A stretch of 64,000 nt of DNA from positions 9,024 to 73,023 of the forward strand of contig DATJFP010000021.1 in the NCBI GenBank assembly GCA_035495615.1. Direction: 5' to 3'. The stretch is from Verrucomicrobiia bacterium (GTDB lineage Bacteria; Omnitrophota; Omnitrophia; Omnitrophales; Aquincolibacteriaceae). Made by a program: the position numbers and the translations under genes. Below, in pieces: positions 45,479 through 56,492 of the stretch; positions within the stretch are counted from its first letter, which is position 1; every line of letters starts with the position of its first letter. The notes beneath the pieces were generated by a model. It did no database searches. It was not told where the DNA came from and saw only the letters and a program-made list of their open reading frames with translations.

Positions 45479-46524
45479 TTTTTGTTTCCGGCCCGGTTTT
45501 TGCGCTTCTGGCCGCGGTGCTCTTCGGAATCTCTCCCGTCCTCATCAAAGTGTTCGGCGGGACAATGCCTCCTGTGCTGATGGCGGGAATTCTTTATTTG
45601 GGTTCGGGAATCGGCCTTCTCGCGCTGCGCGCCGCGCGCCGTGAAGCGATCGTCAGCCCTCTTAAAAGCCTTCCCAAACCGCAAAAAGCACAGCTTGCCC
45701 TTGCCGTTCTTTCGGGCGGAGTGCTGGCGCCCATTTGCCTCACTTATGGAATTTTCTATTCCTCGGCATTCCAGGTTTCCGCGCTTCTCAATTTAGAAAC
45801 GGTGGCCAGTACCCTTATCGCGTGGCTTGTCTTCCATGAGCACGTCGGCAGGCGGGTGTGGCTCGGAAAAGCCGCCATTGTCTTCGGTGCCGTTTTAATA
45901 GGTGCGCAGGGCAAATCGGGGATGGGATTCTCCCTTTCGGGCTTCTGGATCATCGGGGCGTGCACTTTCTGGGGAATCGACAATAATCTGACTCGGAACA
46001 TCGAAGATATTCCACCGTCCTTACTGGCGGGGATTAAAGGATGGGCGGCCGGGCTGTTTAACATCGCGCTTGCCCTTTTGCTGAAGCAAACTTCGAATGA
46101 TCTACCGGCGATTACCGTTGCCTTTGCGGTGGGGTTTGTGAGCTACGGACTAAGTCTGGTTTTCTTTGTTTATGCGCTTCGCAAGATCGGCACTTCAAGG
46201 ACAGCGACCTATTTCGCGACAGCCCCTTTTGTCGGAATGCTGGCTTCCATCGCATTTTTGGCGGAGCGTCCGCCCTTCATGCATTGGATCGCCGGGCTTT
46301 TCATGCTCATCGGAGTCTGCGTTTTGTACCGGGAAACCCATGAACATGAGCACACGCATGAAGAAATGACGCACCGGCATATGCACGTGCACGACGAACA
46401 CCATCAGCACGAGCATGATGGAACCGAGGGCCCGGAACCGCATGACCATGTCCATCACCACAGCCGGCTGACGCATTCTCATCCCCATTCGCCAGATATC
46501 CATCATCGGCACGATCACAAATAG
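45451..46524 (+). CDS. EamA/DMT-family transporter with a ~60-aa histidine-rich C-terminal tail
   Basis: 10 TM with duplicated EamA domains. The tail HEHEHTHEEMTHRHMHVHDEHHQHEHDG...HDHVHHHSRLTHSHPHSPDIHHRHDHK suggests metal binding. Confidence 0.7.
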   Translation: MQGAGMPDMIFVSGPVFALLAAVLFGISPVLIKVFGGTMPPVLMAGILYLGSGIGLLALRAARREAIVSPLKSLPKPQKAQLALAVLSGGVLAPICLTYGIFYSSAFQVSALLNLETVASTLIAWLVFHEHVGRRVWLGKAAIVFGAVLIGAQGKSGMGFSLSGFWIIGACTFWGIDNNLTRNIEDIPPSLLAGIKGWAAGLFNIALALLLKQTSNDLPAITVAFAVGFVSYGLSLVFFVYALRKIGTSRTATYFATAPFVGMLASIAFLAERPPFMHWIAGLFMLIGVCVLYRETHEHEHTHEEMTHRHMHVHDEHHQHEHDGTEGPEPHDHVHHHSRLTHSHPHSPDIHHRHDHK

Positions 46525-46583
46525 AGCGAACGGAAGCGGGAAAGCCCGGCATTTGGGGGAAGACGCCTGGAAGGGCCCGGACC

Positions 46584-47312
46584 TTATGCGCCTTTGGAAA
46601 GCGCCCTGGAATTTTCGGCTTTTTTCTCGATCAGCGCCACGACACTCCACGCAATCTGACTGACCGGCGTATTCTTCGTGTTCCAGACCACGTCGTAAGA
46701 AAGCGGGTCGTCAATCCTGCGGTTAAAATAGTCTTTCGCGAATTTTGCCAGCCCGCGGTCCTTCTGAAGGACCCACTTCTTCGCTTTTTCAGCAGACATG
46801 CCCAGTTTGACCCTAGTTGCCGCGATGCGGTAATCGAGCGGGGCCACGAGCCTGACGTGGATGCCGAGCGGATGACCGAAGGTAATGAAGGCGCCGCCTC
46901 TTTTGACTGCGATGAATTTTCCTTTGGATGCCAGCGCGCGGATGATTTGGAAAATTTTTTTATAAACCGTGTGCTGCGAAGGATGCCCCAAAATCAGCTG
47001 ATCGAAGATGTCTTCGATTTCGGTGAGGTATTCGCCGTGCACCACGATTTTCGTCGAATGTTTTAAGGCCGGGATCTTGGCGGTTTCACGCTGCAGTTCC
47101 TGGTTGAACCGCGTCCATCCCTGGTAAAGCGCCCCCTGCCTTGTGCGCAAAAGATCGAGGATGGCGTCGACGAGCTCGTTAGCGCCCGCGCCTTCCTGGC
47201 TGGAAATGGTCACGAACGGATAAGCGCTTTCGGAGAGATTGAGGGAGTCGAATTTCTTTTCTTTGTAGGAGACGCTGTTTAAAAAAGGCCTCCACTTTTC
47301 CAGTTCTGTCAT
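46584..47312 (-). CDS. Cytidylate-kinase-like (P-loop NTPase) family protein
   Basis: FVTISSQEGAGANELVD is a degenerate P-loop as in the PF13189-like family. Overall length and charge pattern fit. Confidence 0.45.
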   Translation of the reverse strand: MTELEKWRPFLNSVSYKEKKFDSLNLSESAYPFVTISSQEGAGANELVDAILDLLRTRQGALYQGWTRFNQELQRETAKIPALKHSTKIVVHGEYLTEIEDIFDQLILGHPSQHTVYKKIFQIIRALASKGKFIAVKRGGAFITFGHPLGIHVRLVAPLDYRIAATRVKLGMSAEKAKKWVLQKDRGLAKFAKDYFNRRIDDPLSYDVVWNTKNTPVSQIAWSVVALIEKKAENSRALSKGA

Positions 47313-47548
47313 GCTCTAGAATATCATTTTTCAGCGGGCATTGCAGGCCGATTTTGAGAGACTTTTCCCGCAGGCGCGAAATAAAAGCGGTGTGAGGCGG
47401 CGCCTTCCTTTTTATTAATTCAGAATGGCCGCTTTTCTTACGTCCAATTACGAATCTCCCTATTTCTCAACCCTTCCCGGACGGCCATAATTCAGGTGTC
47501 TGAAACGATCAGTCCGCGCGTGGCAGAAGGGGCAAAAGGGAGGAATCG

Positions 47549-49450
47549 TTGAAAGCCAATTTTGATGCCCATTTTAACGGTATGGTTCCGGGGACCGGAG
47601 CTCTCCGTTCTTTGAACAGCGACTTGATTCCCATTGTTGATCCCGCCCTTGGCCACGTGATCGGCTATAAAGACCGCCGCCTCGTCCATTCCGAAGGCGA
47701 TTTTCACGTCGGCATCCAGGCCTATATTGTATGCACCAACGAAGAGGGGCAAATCGAGGTGCTCGTCCAAAAACGGTCGGGCGTCGTCGACATCGCCAAA
47801 GGGCAGCTCGACCAGAGCCTGGCCACGCAGATTCTCGCCAAAGACGGCGGAGGCTTGAGAGCCGCGCTCATCCGCGGCCTGAAGGAAGAGCTGGATATCG
47901 ACGAGGAGGAAATTGAGGCGGTGCCGCTCGGCCTCCATTCGGAGCTCAAAATTTACAAAAAATACGCCGCGGATCCCGATTTGTACAACCGCGAATTCAT
48001 CTACCTCAGCTTCGTGCAGATCAAAAGAAGGGACATCCGGTCCAAGAACCCCAAGGTGGCCGATCTCGAATGGGTTTCGTGGGCGGAATACGTCCGCCGC
48101 ATGAAGGAGTCTCCGGAGAACTTCACGAAAACCGCATGGTTCTACATCATGAATCCGGACATCCTGCATCAGACCGAACAGGAGCTCGAACGGTTCATCA
48201 ACAAAGCCTCCACGAAGCCGCTCCTGTGCCCGCTCGAAAAAGCTTATTTTTACAGCTATCCCGGGCGCTACGACATCACGATCTCCGTGTACAAGGACAA
48301 GCGCGTTTTCATGCACGTCTTCGACCACAAGACGAAAAAAATCGCGCGCTTCGACGACATCCGGAGCGTGGATCCCTGCGAAGGGAAAAACCACCGGCAC
48401 GTCGCGGTCTACATTACCAAAAAGAGCGGGGAAAATTTCCTTTGGCTGAACGGCGACATGAAGCGGATCCATCGCCAGGCGGACACGCATTCCAAACGGT
48501 GCCTGGCGAAGATGACCGCCCAGATCCTGAAGGACATCGCGCGCCTCGAGGAAGAGGCCGCCAGCGACCAGGACTTGAAACTGGCTTGGGCGCTCAAGCG
48601 GAAATTCAATTACATCTTCGACATCCTGCGCACGCGGGTGCTCTCGGGCGAAATGCTTTTCTTTGATTCGCTTCCGGCCGACGAAACAGGCGATTTCGGA
48701 ATCCGCGAGTATCCGGACAACATCATTCTGGTAACCATTCCCGGGACGTACGATCCGCCTCATTATGCCCACATCGAGCTGCTCTTCGACGCCATGATCC
48801 ACGAGTCGGAAAACGCCCACGGCAAAAGAACGGCTTACGCGTTGTTCTTCACGCCGGTGGGGGATTTCGCGCCGGGCCCGTCCGGGACTTCCTGGAAATC
48901 CGAAAAAACCGATTCGAAAACGCGCCATGAAATGTGCTCAAAAGTGTCCGGATTGTTTTATCCGCTGATGCAGACCTCCGAGATCAGCCTCAGGCATCCC
49001 GAAGAATTCGGCACGAAGAACGCGGCCTCGCTTTTGAAAGCGTTGAGGGACAGGACGGAATTTACTCCCGTGCGGTTTGTCGTCGCGATCGGAACCGACA
49101 CTTACCGGAAATGGGGAAAGAACATCAGCGCGGTCCTGCAGGAAGAGAAAGGCAAATATCCCGGCGTGGATTTCAGCGTCCTGATAAGGGAAAGCTGGCA
49201 GGATCCTTTGGAGGACAATCTCGCGGCCGGCCTTCCCGAAGGGGTGAAGCTTCTCAAGGGAGTCTATTCTCTGCCGGTCCGTTCAACGCGGGTCCGCGAA
49301 GGGCACATGAATCTTTTGCCCGGTTCCGTCCAAAAGTACATCAAGCTCCACGGCTTGTATCCTTCCGCGCCCGCCGTCACGGCCGGGGCGGCGGAAGTCC
49401 CACCCGTTTCCGAAATTCCCAAGACAGACCTGCAGAACGAAGCCGCCTGA
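47549..49450 (+). CDS. NUDIX hydrolase domain + large central region + NadD/NMNAT-like nucleotidyltransferase domain (fusion protein)
   Basis: N-terminal Nudix-like region (GLKEELDIDEEE...). C-terminal (H/T)xGH nucleotidyltransferase motif in IPGTYDPPHYAHIELL. The exact start is uncertain, possibly TTG at 47546. Confidence 0.65.
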   Translation: MKANFDAHFNGMVPGTGALRSLNSDLIPIVDPALGHVIGYKDRRLVHSEGDFHVGIQAYIVCTNEEGQIEVLVQKRSGVVDIAKGQLDQSLATQILAKDGGGLRAALIRGLKEELDIDEEEIEAVPLGLHSELKIYKKYAADPDLYNREFIYLSFVQIKRRDIRSKNPKVADLEWVSWAEYVRRMKESPENFTKTAWFYIMNPDILHQTEQELERFINKASTKPLLCPLEKAYFYSYPGRYDITISVYKDKRVFMHVFDHKTKKIARFDDIRSVDPCEGKNHRHVAVYITKKSGENFLWLNGDMKRIHRQADTHSKRCLAKMTAQILKDIARLEEEAASDQDLKLAWALKRKFNYIFDILRTRVLSGEMLFFDSLPADETGDFGIREYPDNIILVTIPGTYDPPHYAHIELLFDAMIHESENAHGKRTAYALFFTPVGDFAPGPSGTSWKSEKTDSKTRHEMCSKVSGLFYPLMQTSEISLRHPEEFGTKNAASLLKALRDRTEFTPVRFVVAIGTDTYRKWGKNISAVLQEEKGKYPGVDFSVLIRESWQDPLEDNLAAGLPEGVKLLKGVYSLPVRSTRVREGHMNLLPGSVQKYIKLHGLYPSAPAVTAGAAEVPPVSEIPKTDLQNEAA

Positions 49451-49477
49451 CCCCCGACGGTTCTTTCGAAAAAAATC

Positions 49478-50290
49478 TTAAGACGCCGTTTCGGCGGGGG
49501 CTGGCAGGCGGACGAGTTCGATGCCCGTGCTCGAAGCGCTGCTGACGATGGCGGAAACGTTTTTGTAATAAAAGTTTTTTTGAGGGATCTTCCAGTTTCC
49601 GTAAAGCCGCTCCAAATAGGCATCCGTGTCGGCCGGCACCAGGATCTCGGAACTTAAAAAGGGCGCTGGAACGAATTTTCCGGCAAGATCACCCGGATAA
49701 GAGAGCGCGTAGCCGGCAATTTTGTTTTTTTCGACCGGCGTGAATTTCAGCAGGCCTTCGTGAAAGTGGCCGATGAGTTCCGCGGCTCCGGCATAAAGGA
49801 TTTCTTGATTCCACGCGTGATAAAAATAAAAATCGGTCGAAACGCCGGTCTCCTGATGGACGAAGGTGATTTCGCAGTAATCGCCGATGGCCGCCAGCGG
49901 TCCTTCCAGATGATGTTCGGCTTTGAGCCGGAATCCCGCTTTTTCCATGGTCTTGATCAAAAGAGGAATGTCGGGGCGGTCCGAAGCCAAAAGCCCGAAA
50001 TCCAGGTCGTCGTCCCCCTGGATAAAGCCCTTATTTCTGCGGTAGCCGAGAAGCGTGCCGAAGTTCAGGTGGGGCCGGACTCCCGCTTCCCGGCAGGCTC
50101 GGAGGGCCTGCTCCAGGACAGACGAGCCGTGGGCAAGCAGGCTTTTGCTCCGCTTCGAAAGCTTCCGCACATTTTTAAGATGAAAGACCGCTTTTGAAAA
50201 GAGGCTTAAAAATTGCCCCGATAGAATCAAGCGGCGGGTTTCGGATAAGAGTTCGGAGAGGCTTTTTTTATTGGGCATTTTGACCGTCAA
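49478..50290 (-). CDS. LicD-family phosphotransferase (cholinephosphotransferase-like)
   Basis: Signature GTLLGYRRNKGFIQGDDDLDFGL matches LicD GTLLGAVRHxGFIPWDDDxD. Confidence 0.7.
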   Translation of the reverse strand: MTVKMPNKKSLSELLSETRRLILSGQFLSLFSKAVFHLKNVRKLSKRSKSLLAHGSSVLEQALRACREAGVRPHLNFGTLLGYRRNKGFIQGDDDLDFGLLASDRPDIPLLIKTMEKAGFRLKAEHHLEGPLAAIGDYCEITFVHQETGVSTDFYFYHAWNQEILYAGAAELIGHFHEGLLKFTPVEKNKIAGYALSYPGDLAGKFVPAPFLSSEILVPADTDAYLERLYGNWKIPQKNFYYKNVSAIVSSASSTGIELVRLPAPAETAS

Positions 50291-50459
50291 AAAGTTAAGT
50301 TTGAGACAAGCATTTTATCATAAAAACGGGAAGGGAAGCCGTCTTATAACGCGAGGCCGGCCGGCAATGGGAAGTCCGCGCTTTGGAAAGGGTTCCTTCG
50401 AGGGTATAATCCTTTCAAAGTTTTCATCCACCGGCATTCCATGAGGATGGCGATACATC

Positions 50460-51722
50460 TTGAAAAAAAAGATCTTGGATCACATAAGTTTGTTTGCCCT
50501 TACTTTCAAATGGTTTTTCTTTGCCACACTCCTGGGGGTCGTCGTGGGAATTGCGACAACCCTTTTTTTAAAGGCGCTGGATTTTGCTTTGAGCTGGTCG
50601 AGAGCGCGCGATCATTATTATTTTTCGCTTCCGGTCATTCTGCTCCTTACGGCGGTTATTTCCCGCCGGCTTTTTCCCAAGGCTGACGTTGAGAGCACGG
50701 ATAAAGCGATCGAATACATTCATCAATTAAAACCCATTCACCCGGTTTCGATTTTGAAATCATTTTTCCTGCCTATTTTGACGATAAGCGCGGGCGGTTC
50801 CGCGGGAAAAGAAGCCCCGGCCGCGGATATGGGCGCGGGAATCGGCTCCATAATCAGCGCTGTGTTTCGTTTGGACGCCGAAGACCGGCGAAAGCTGACG
50901 ATTTGCGGGGTGAGCGCCGGATTCGCATCCGTTTTCGGCACTCCCTTAGCGGGAGCCCTTTTTGGCCTCGAAGTCCTATCCGTGGGCAATTTGCTTTACG
51001 ATGCCCTCCTTCCTGCTTTCGTCGCGGGAATCACGGCCAATCATGTCGCCGTAAAGCTGGGGGCAAAAGCCGTTTTTAATCCCCTTAAAAATATACCCGT
51101 TTTCAACGAAATATTTTTTATTAAGGTCGCCTTGGCCGGGATTTTTTTTGGCTTGTGCTCTTTGATGCTGATCGCGGTTATGAAAATCCTGCGGAAGGTC
51201 CGGGAGCGGTTTAAACACGAGGAGCTCATCAGCCTGGCCGCGGGAATCTTTCTTATTGTTTTTTCCTTGCTCTGTTCGACCCGGTATCTTGGCTTAGGCA
51301 TGGGAACCATTGTTGATGCGGTCAATGGGAAGCCCTTTCCTTGGTATACCTTTCCGGCGAAAATAGTGACGACGGCGATAACGCTTAACGGCGGCGGCTG
51401 CGGAGGGATCGTGACGCCGATTTTTTTCATCGGAGCGACTTCCGGGTCATGGCTTGCGGGCATCCTTTCCGCAGACCGGTCGACCTTCGCGGCCCTGGGT
51501 TTGGTCAGCCTGCTGGCAGGCGCGGCCCAAACCCCTCTGTCGGCAAGCATCATGGCCATGGAGCTTTTTGGAGCCCCCATCGCCCCCTATGCCGCGATTG
51601 CCTCGATTCTCAGTTTTCTCGTAACGGGACAAAGAAGCATCTACCCCTCTCAAATTATCGAGATCAAAAAATCCAAAAAGAACAAGTCCCCGGCCCAATC
51701 CGCCAAGCTCGTTGAATCTTGA
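50460..51722 (+). CDS. ClC-family voltage-gated chloride channel / Cl-/H+ antiporter
   Basis: Selectivity-filter-like motifs GGSAGKEAP and FGTPLAGALFGLE. About 10-12 TM. Confidence 0.75.
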   Translation: MKKKILDHISLFALTFKWFFFATLLGVVVGIATTLFLKALDFALSWSRARDHYYFSLPVILLLTAVISRRLFPKADVESTDKAIEYIHQLKPIHPVSILKSFFLPILTISAGGSAGKEAPAADMGAGIGSIISAVFRLDAEDRRKLTICGVSAGFASVFGTPLAGALFGLEVLSVGNLLYDALLPAFVAGITANHVAVKLGAKAVFNPLKNIPVFNEIFFIKVALAGIFFGLCSLMLIAVMKILRKVRERFKHEELISLAAGIFLIVFSLLCSTRYLGLGMGTIVDAVNGKPFPWYTFPAKIVTTAITLNGGGCGGIVTPIFFIGATSGSWLAGILSADRSTFAALGLVSLLAGAAQTPLSASIMAMELFGAPIAPYAAIASILSFLVTGQRSIYPSQIIEIKKSKKNKSPAQSAKLVES

Positions 51723-51734
51723 AAGGAATCCGTT

Positions 51735-52124
51735 ATGGCCATGAAGACTTATCACGGAAGCTGCGCGTGCGGCAAGGTGCGCTACGAAGCGGCGTTTGAT
51801 CTCTCGGAAGGGACGTTCAAATGCAATTGCTCGATTTGCACGAAGGCGCGGCTCTGGGGAAAGTCCGTGAAGACGGATTCTTTTAAGCTGCTTTCGGGCA
51901 AGGAGGACTTGTCGGTCTGGGGCGACAATATCCTGCACCATTTTTGCAGGCATTGCGGCATCAAAGTCTTCGGTAAGCCCAAGGCGGGCGGGGACATGAT
52001 GGTGGTCATGCTGGGCACGCTGGACGACCTTGATCCGAAAGAATGGGCCGCGGCCCCCGTGCGCTATTTCGACGGACGCAACGACAACTTCAAAACCGAG
52101 CCTGAGTTCAAGGCTCACTTGTGA
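51735..52124 (+). CDS. GFA (glutathione-dependent formaldehyde-activating enzyme-like / CENP-V) family Zn-binding protein
   Basis: Cys pattern YHGSCACGKV...CNCSICTK...CRHCG. Confidence 0.75.
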   Translation: MAMKTYHGSCACGKVRYEAAFDLSEGTFKCNCSICTKARLWGKSVKTDSFKLLSGKEDLSVWGDNILHHFCRHCGIKVFGKPKAGGDMMVVMLGTLDDLDPKEWAAAPVRYFDGRNDNFKTEPEFKAHL

Positions 52125-52140
52125 GCCGGGGAATAAAGAC

Positions 52141-52812
52141 GTGATTACGAAACTCCAAAGATGGGTGTGGGTCGGCGCGGCAGCGCTTTCTTTTTCATCG
52201 GGCATGATCAATGTCATTGCCCTTTCAGGATTTGCCCACAAAGCCGCAACGCACATGACGGGAATTGCCAGCGCTTTCTCCATTGCGCTGTCCAAGCATG
52301 AAGCGGGCGCAGCCTCCGGGGCTTTTTTGATTCTTCTCTCTTTTTTTCTCGGTGCGTTCATCAGCGGCGTGATTATCCGGGACGGCCATCTGAAAATGGG
52401 ACGCCGCTATGGGTTCGCGCTAGCGGTAGAATCAGGGCTTCTTTTCCTGGCGACGTTTTTTTTCATGAAAAATTCCATTTGGGGGGAATATTTTGCCTGC
52501 GCCGCGGCCGGACTGCAAAATGCCCTTGCCAGCACTTACAGTGGAACCATCGTCCGGACCACGCATTTGACCGGGATTCTGACGGACTTGGGAGCCTTGG
52601 CTGGGAATAGGGCCTATGGACTTCCCGTCGAGACTAAGAGGTTCAAGCTGCTTTCGATTATTCTGATTTCTTTCGTCGGGGGAGGATTTTTGGGAAGCCT
52701 TGCTTATGACCGCTGGAATGCTTCGGCCATGCTGCTTCCCGCCCTGATGATCGGGGCCTCAGCCCTCGGATATGAATTTTTCAGGCGGAGCTCTCAGACG
52801 AAACCGGGCTAA
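52141..52812 (+). CDS. DUF1275 (YoaK-like) membrane protein
   Basis: GTG start immediately after the GFA gene. Pattern MINVIALSGFAHKAATHMTGI is typical of DUF1275. Confidence 0.6.
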   Translation: MITKLQRWVWVGAAALSFSSGMINVIALSGFAHKAATHMTGIASAFSIALSKHEAGAASGAFLILLSFFLGAFISGVIIRDGHLKMGRRYGFALAVESGLLFLATFFFMKNSIWGEYFACAAAGLQNALASTYSGTIVRTTHLTGILTDLGALAGNRAYGLPVETKRFKLLSIILISFVGGGFLGSLAYDRWNASAMLLPALMIGASALGYEFFRRSSQTKPG

Positions 52813-52865
52813 GCTGCGGAATGCTTTTGCAGAAACCTTGTGGACGGAATCGAAGTGAAGAGGCA

Positions 52866-52904
52866 ATAAAAAAGGCCGGTACGAAAGTACCGGCCTTTTT
52901 ATTT
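52866..52904. terminator. Bidirectional rho-independent terminator between convergent genes
   Basis: AAAAAA-GGCCGGTAC-gaaa-GTACCGGCC-TTTTTATTT. Confidence 0.75.
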
Positions 52905-52920
52905 GGGGAACTCTTTTGGG

Positions 52921-55419
<2,499 letters not shown>

Positions 55420-55667
55420 ATTCCCCCCAACCGGATATGTTGATATTTAGAATATCTGGACCTTATAAGGCTAATGTATCGAATCAATTTTGAAGGTACT
55501 TTAATTCAGCCGGACACAAGAATCCAGAGCAATCTGCCCCGTGGTTGTAAGGGTTTTGCCCTTTCGGGCCCGGGCAAGACCCATCCGGCTGGAAAAGGGC
55601 GCTTGTGGGGGTGCCGGAGGAGTATAATCCTTCAATGCTTTTTTCATGAAGATCTCAAGGAGCCCGG

Positions 55668-56327
55668 ATGTCCCTGAAATTGTACGCTCATCCCTTCGCG
55701 TCTTACTGCCAGAAAGTCCTGACCGCGCTTTACGAAAATAAAATCCCATTTGAATTCCGCATGCTTGCGCCGGGCGAGGATAAGAACAACGCCGAACACG
55801 CGGCCCTCTGGCCCCTGAAGGGCATGCCGGTCCTTGTGGACGGCGGGCGCGCGGTCGTGGAATCGAGCATCATCATCGAGCATCTCGACCTTTATCATCC
55901 CGGGCCCATGCGCATGGTCCCGCAGGACCCGCGCGCGGCGCTGAACGTGCGTATGATGGACCGCTTTTTCGACAACTACATCATGACGCCCATGCAGGAA
56001 ATCGTGTTCGACGCGCTCCGCCCCAAAGAAAGCCGCGATCCTTTCGGCGTCCGCAAGGCCCGCGAAGATCTCGACACGGCCTACCGCTGGCTGGAAGACA
56101 CGATGCCGGGGCGCGAATGGGCGGCGGGAGACCACTTCAGTCTGGCCGACTGCGCGGCGGCGCCTTCATTATTTTACGCGGACTGGGTGCATCCGGTGGG
56201 GGAAGCCTTTCCCAGCGTCCGGGCTTACCGGCGCCGGCTGCTCGCCCGTCCTTCCTTTGCGCGGTCCGTGGACGAGGCCAGGGAATACCGCAAGCTTTTC
56301 CCGCTCGGCGCGCCCGACCGCGACTGA
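55668..56327 (+). CDS. Glutathione S-transferase
   Basis: N-terminal thioredoxin-like LKLYAHPFASYCQKV. C-terminal helical GST domain. RBS AAGGAG. Confidence 0.8.
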   Translation: MSLKLYAHPFASYCQKVLTALYENKIPFEFRMLAPGEDKNNAEHAALWPLKGMPVLVDGGRAVVESSIIIEHLDLYHPGPMRMVPQDPRAALNVRMMDRFFDNYIMTPMQEIVFDALRPKESRDPFGVRKAREDLDTAYRWLEDTMPGREWAAGDHFSLADCAAAPSLFYADWVHPVGEAFPSVRAYRRRLLARPSFARSVDEAREYRKLFPLGAPDRD

Positions 56328-56492
56328 AGATTTTCTCCGCAAACAGCCGCCTCATGTTTGGTTTTTTTGAGCCGATCATTAGATTTAACACGGCCCGGTT
56401 CCCGCCCGTAAGCGGGGGAAATCGTCGGGAACCCTGAGGCCGGTGGAGACCTGCTTGAAGAAACCGTCCACCCACGGCGCCGCTGTCCCAAG

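Noticed and set aside
47492-48928. 478-aa minus-strand ORF overlapping the NUDIX-NMNAT gene
   Set aside because: The plus strand carries the Nudix and (H/T)xGH motifs. The minus ORF has no features
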